From Candidatus Iainarchaeum sp. (GTDB lineage: Archaea; Iainarchaeota; Iainarchaeia; Iainarchaeales; VGJJ01): a stretch of DNA of 32,000 nt. Below, one piece after another: positions 30,664 to 32,000 of this stretch. Position 1 is the first letter of the stretch. Each line of letters begins with the position of its first letter. The notes beneath the pieces are model-generated. The model worked only from the letters and a program-made list of their open reading frames with translations, was not told the DNA's origin and ran no database searches. Both the position numbers and the translations under genes were made by a program. Location of the stretch: positions 30,001-62,000 of the forward strand of contig JAUYHT010000008.1 in the NCBI GenBank assembly GCA_030688545.1. Direction: 5' to 3'.

Positions 30664-31500
30664 CTATTCCTCCGCCCCCGGAAACATCTCCTGCTTGGTT
30701 TCATGGGAGAGTTTGGCCTCTTCTTTTTCCACGAGCCGGCGCATGAGATGGAGTTCCTTATCCTTATTCTGGAGACGCTGGAGGCAATAATAGTAGGCGT
30801 TGATGATTGCGTCGAAATCAAGGCGGCGTTTGAAACCCAAGCGGGCAATCTCCTCGAAATAGAGATTGGTCAACCGAACCGCCACCTCTTCCGCGGACAA
30901 TGCGGATGAGGAAAAACCATCCCCTTTTTTTGTTTTTGGAATAAGGCGTTCTTCTTGTTCTAAAGTATTCACATCCTGCTTGAGATGCGAGACCTCACGC
31001 ATAATGTCTTGGAGGGAGGACGCGACCTTCTGGTTGACACGCGGGCGCTTTGAGATTTTCTTTTGCGCGGCCACGCGGGGGGCAACCGTTTTGCGTGTTT
31101 TGGTACGCTTTCGCTTTTGGGGTGCGGGGCTCTTTCCCTCAAGAACGGGTTTGGTTTTAGCCCACGCCTTAGTCGCCTCCTCAAATGATTTCCCTTTTTG
31201 TATTTGCTGCCGGACGAAGAGGTTGTACATGGAGAGCTCGCGCGATGGGCGTTTTCCCTGGAGCTTCTTCAAGTCCGAATGGAGCTTGGCCAACTCATCC
31301 TGGATGGCCTTATTCTGGTTGGATAACCGTTTGGTGGATTTGGCCAGGGACTTTGAAAGGCCTTTCCTGACCCCCTTCATTTCCTTGGTGGCATTGCGGC
31401 GGGACGCGGTGACATTCTCCCCCACGCTCCTCAATTGCTTCCGGATCTGTTTTCCCGCGGGCCGCGGGGCCTTTTTCTTGGTTCGTTTTTTTGTGGCCAT
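30664..31500 (-). CDS. lysine-rich coiled-coil protein with YABBY/HMG-box-like segment
   Basis: Start set at ATG 31500 (MATKKRTKKKAPRP...). Long Lys/Arg-rich helical regions. Contains the segment KRPSRELSMYNLFVRQQIQKGKSFEEATKAWAKTK. Confidence 0.65.
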   Translation of the reverse strand: MATKKRTKKKAPRPAGKQIRKQLRSVGENVTASRRNATKEMKGVRKGLSKSLAKSTKRLSNQNKAIQDELAKLHSDLKKLQGKRPSRELSMYNLFVRQQIQKGKSFEEATKAWAKTKPVLEGKSPAPQKRKRTKTRKTVAPRVAAQKKISKRPRVNQKVASSLQDIMREVSHLKQDVNTLEQEERLIPKTKKGDGFSSSALSAEEVAVRLTNLYFEEIARLGFKRRLDFDAIINAYYYCLQRLQNKDKELHLMRRLVEKEEAKLSHETKQEMFPGAEE

Positions 31501-31579
31501 AACAACCCCCTCACGCGAAATTAGGGCCTCCCACACTTTTAAATGAACCCCTCGCGGGCGCAACGCATAAAGGGGAAAG

Positions 31580-31699
31580 ATGGGTAGAAGCAGGATGGAA
31601 CCAGCCTGCATGGTCTGCGGAACCGCGATGTTCGCCCACCAATGCAAACACATCTGCCCCAATTGCGGGGGCAAAATGGACTGCTCGGACTTGTTCTGA
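31580..31699 (+). CDS. small CPxCG-type zinc-finger protein (39 aa, or 34 aa from ATG 31595); below the ORF-track size cut-off
   Basis: My own translation is MGRSRMEPACMVCGTAMFAHQCKHICPNCGGKMDCSDLF*, with CxxC ... CPNCG. A TATA-like CATAAAGG (31566-31573) is centred 25.5 nt upstream of the internal ATG 31595. Confidence 0.45.
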   Translation: MGRSRMEPACMVCGTAMFAHQCKHICPNCGGKMDCSDLF

Positions 31700-31737
31700 C
31701 GGCCTGGAAAAGGAAAAATCAGGACAAATGGGCGCTA

Positions 31738-31747
31738 CATTAAAAAC
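31738..31747 (+). promoter_or_regulatory. TATA element CATTAAAAAC for the edge ORF
   Basis: The core centre (about 31743) is 25 nt upstream of ATG 31768. The 10-mer is identical to the antiporter promoter element. Confidence 0.5.
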
Positions 31748-31767
31748 CCAAAACGGGTCGTGGGAAT

Positions 31768-32000
31768 ATGCCTCCTCGACGTAGAAAAAGATTCTCTAGA
31801 CGGCGTATCTCGGGACCGCGTAATATCAGAGATCCCCCGGGGCAAGGGTTTTTATTTCCTGAAATGAGAACCACCCCCACTCCTACTCCAACGGGTAAAA
31901 AGAGTCCACCGCGACGCCCGTATGAAGGGTTGGATGGGATTCCACGGCTTCCACAGCATAGAAGGGGTTATACGGCGCAGCAGGCCGCCGTCGATCCCCA
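31768..32000 (+). CDS. hypothetical Arg/Pro-rich protein, 5' part only (runs off the window)
   Basis: My own translation is MPPRRRKRFSRRRISGPRNIRDPPGQGFLFPEMRTTPTPTPTGKKSPPRRPYEGLDGIPRLPQHRRGYTAQQAAVDP..., with no stop before the window edge. The promoter is correctly spaced. Confidence 0.4.
   Translation, partial: MPPRRRKRFSRRRISGPRNIRDPPGQGFLFPEMRTTPTPTPTGKKSPPRRPYEGLDGIPRLPQHRRGYTAQQAAVDP

Noticed and set aside
30866-31546. 226-aa plus-strand ORF antisense to the lysine-rich gene
   Set aside because: The Phe/Ser/Arg-rich product is what the reverse complement of a Lys/Glu-rich gene yields. No promoter lies at proper spacing. The minus-strand frame has coiled-coil periodicity and operon partners.
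1-32000. Search by eye for tRNA T-arm signatures (GGTTCGAATCC-like), rRNA, CRISPR repeats, transposase or integrase genes and toxin-antitoxin pairs
   Set aside because: None was found. The only multi-copy repeats are those at 27889-28134. The PIN protein looks Nob1-like and has no adjacent antitoxin-sized ORF.

Overview
Compact archaeal chromosomal segment, roughly 90% coding and about 50% GC by eye. The gene content is unambiguously archaeal: aIF2-alpha, PriS/PriL primase, GINS, two PCNAs, RFC large subunit, Rpo11, Csl4, membrane LonB, Sec11-type signal peptidase and Taw2/Taw3. The lineage cannot be assigned from sequence alone. I annotate 37 protein-coding genes. Three are absent from the supplied ORF track: two edge-truncated ORFs and one 39-codon zinc-finger ORF. 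I found no tRNA, rRNA, CRISPR array, transposase or integrase. Many starts were refined using a very regular promoter layout read from the sequence: an 8-nt TATA-like element centred 25-30 nt upstream of the first ATG, implying leaderless or near-leaderless mRNAs. Main points of interest: (1) a 349-bp convergent non-coding gap next to rfcL (27791-28139), with a ~19% GC tract, four copies of a ~20-bp repeat and an ORB-like dyad, is a candidate replication origin. (2) The window is a replisome island (GINS, PriS, PriL, two divergent PCNA paralogs, RFC-L), with an uncharacterised gene wedged into a PCNA-X-PriL operon. (3) Three, possibly four, divergent gene pairs have start codons 52-55 bp apart and share one near-palindromic TATA box at the midpoint. 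(4) A hairpin-rich 219-bp gap (21866-22084) may encode a small RNA. (5) There are two low-GC islands, one carrying a RelA/SpoT-type HD hydrolase and the other an unknown 341-aa protein. (6) A lysine-rich coiled-coil protein carries a YABBY/HMG-like segment and is co-oriented with CPxCG zinc-ribbon proteins. All functional calls rest on motifs I recognise by eye; no database search was run.
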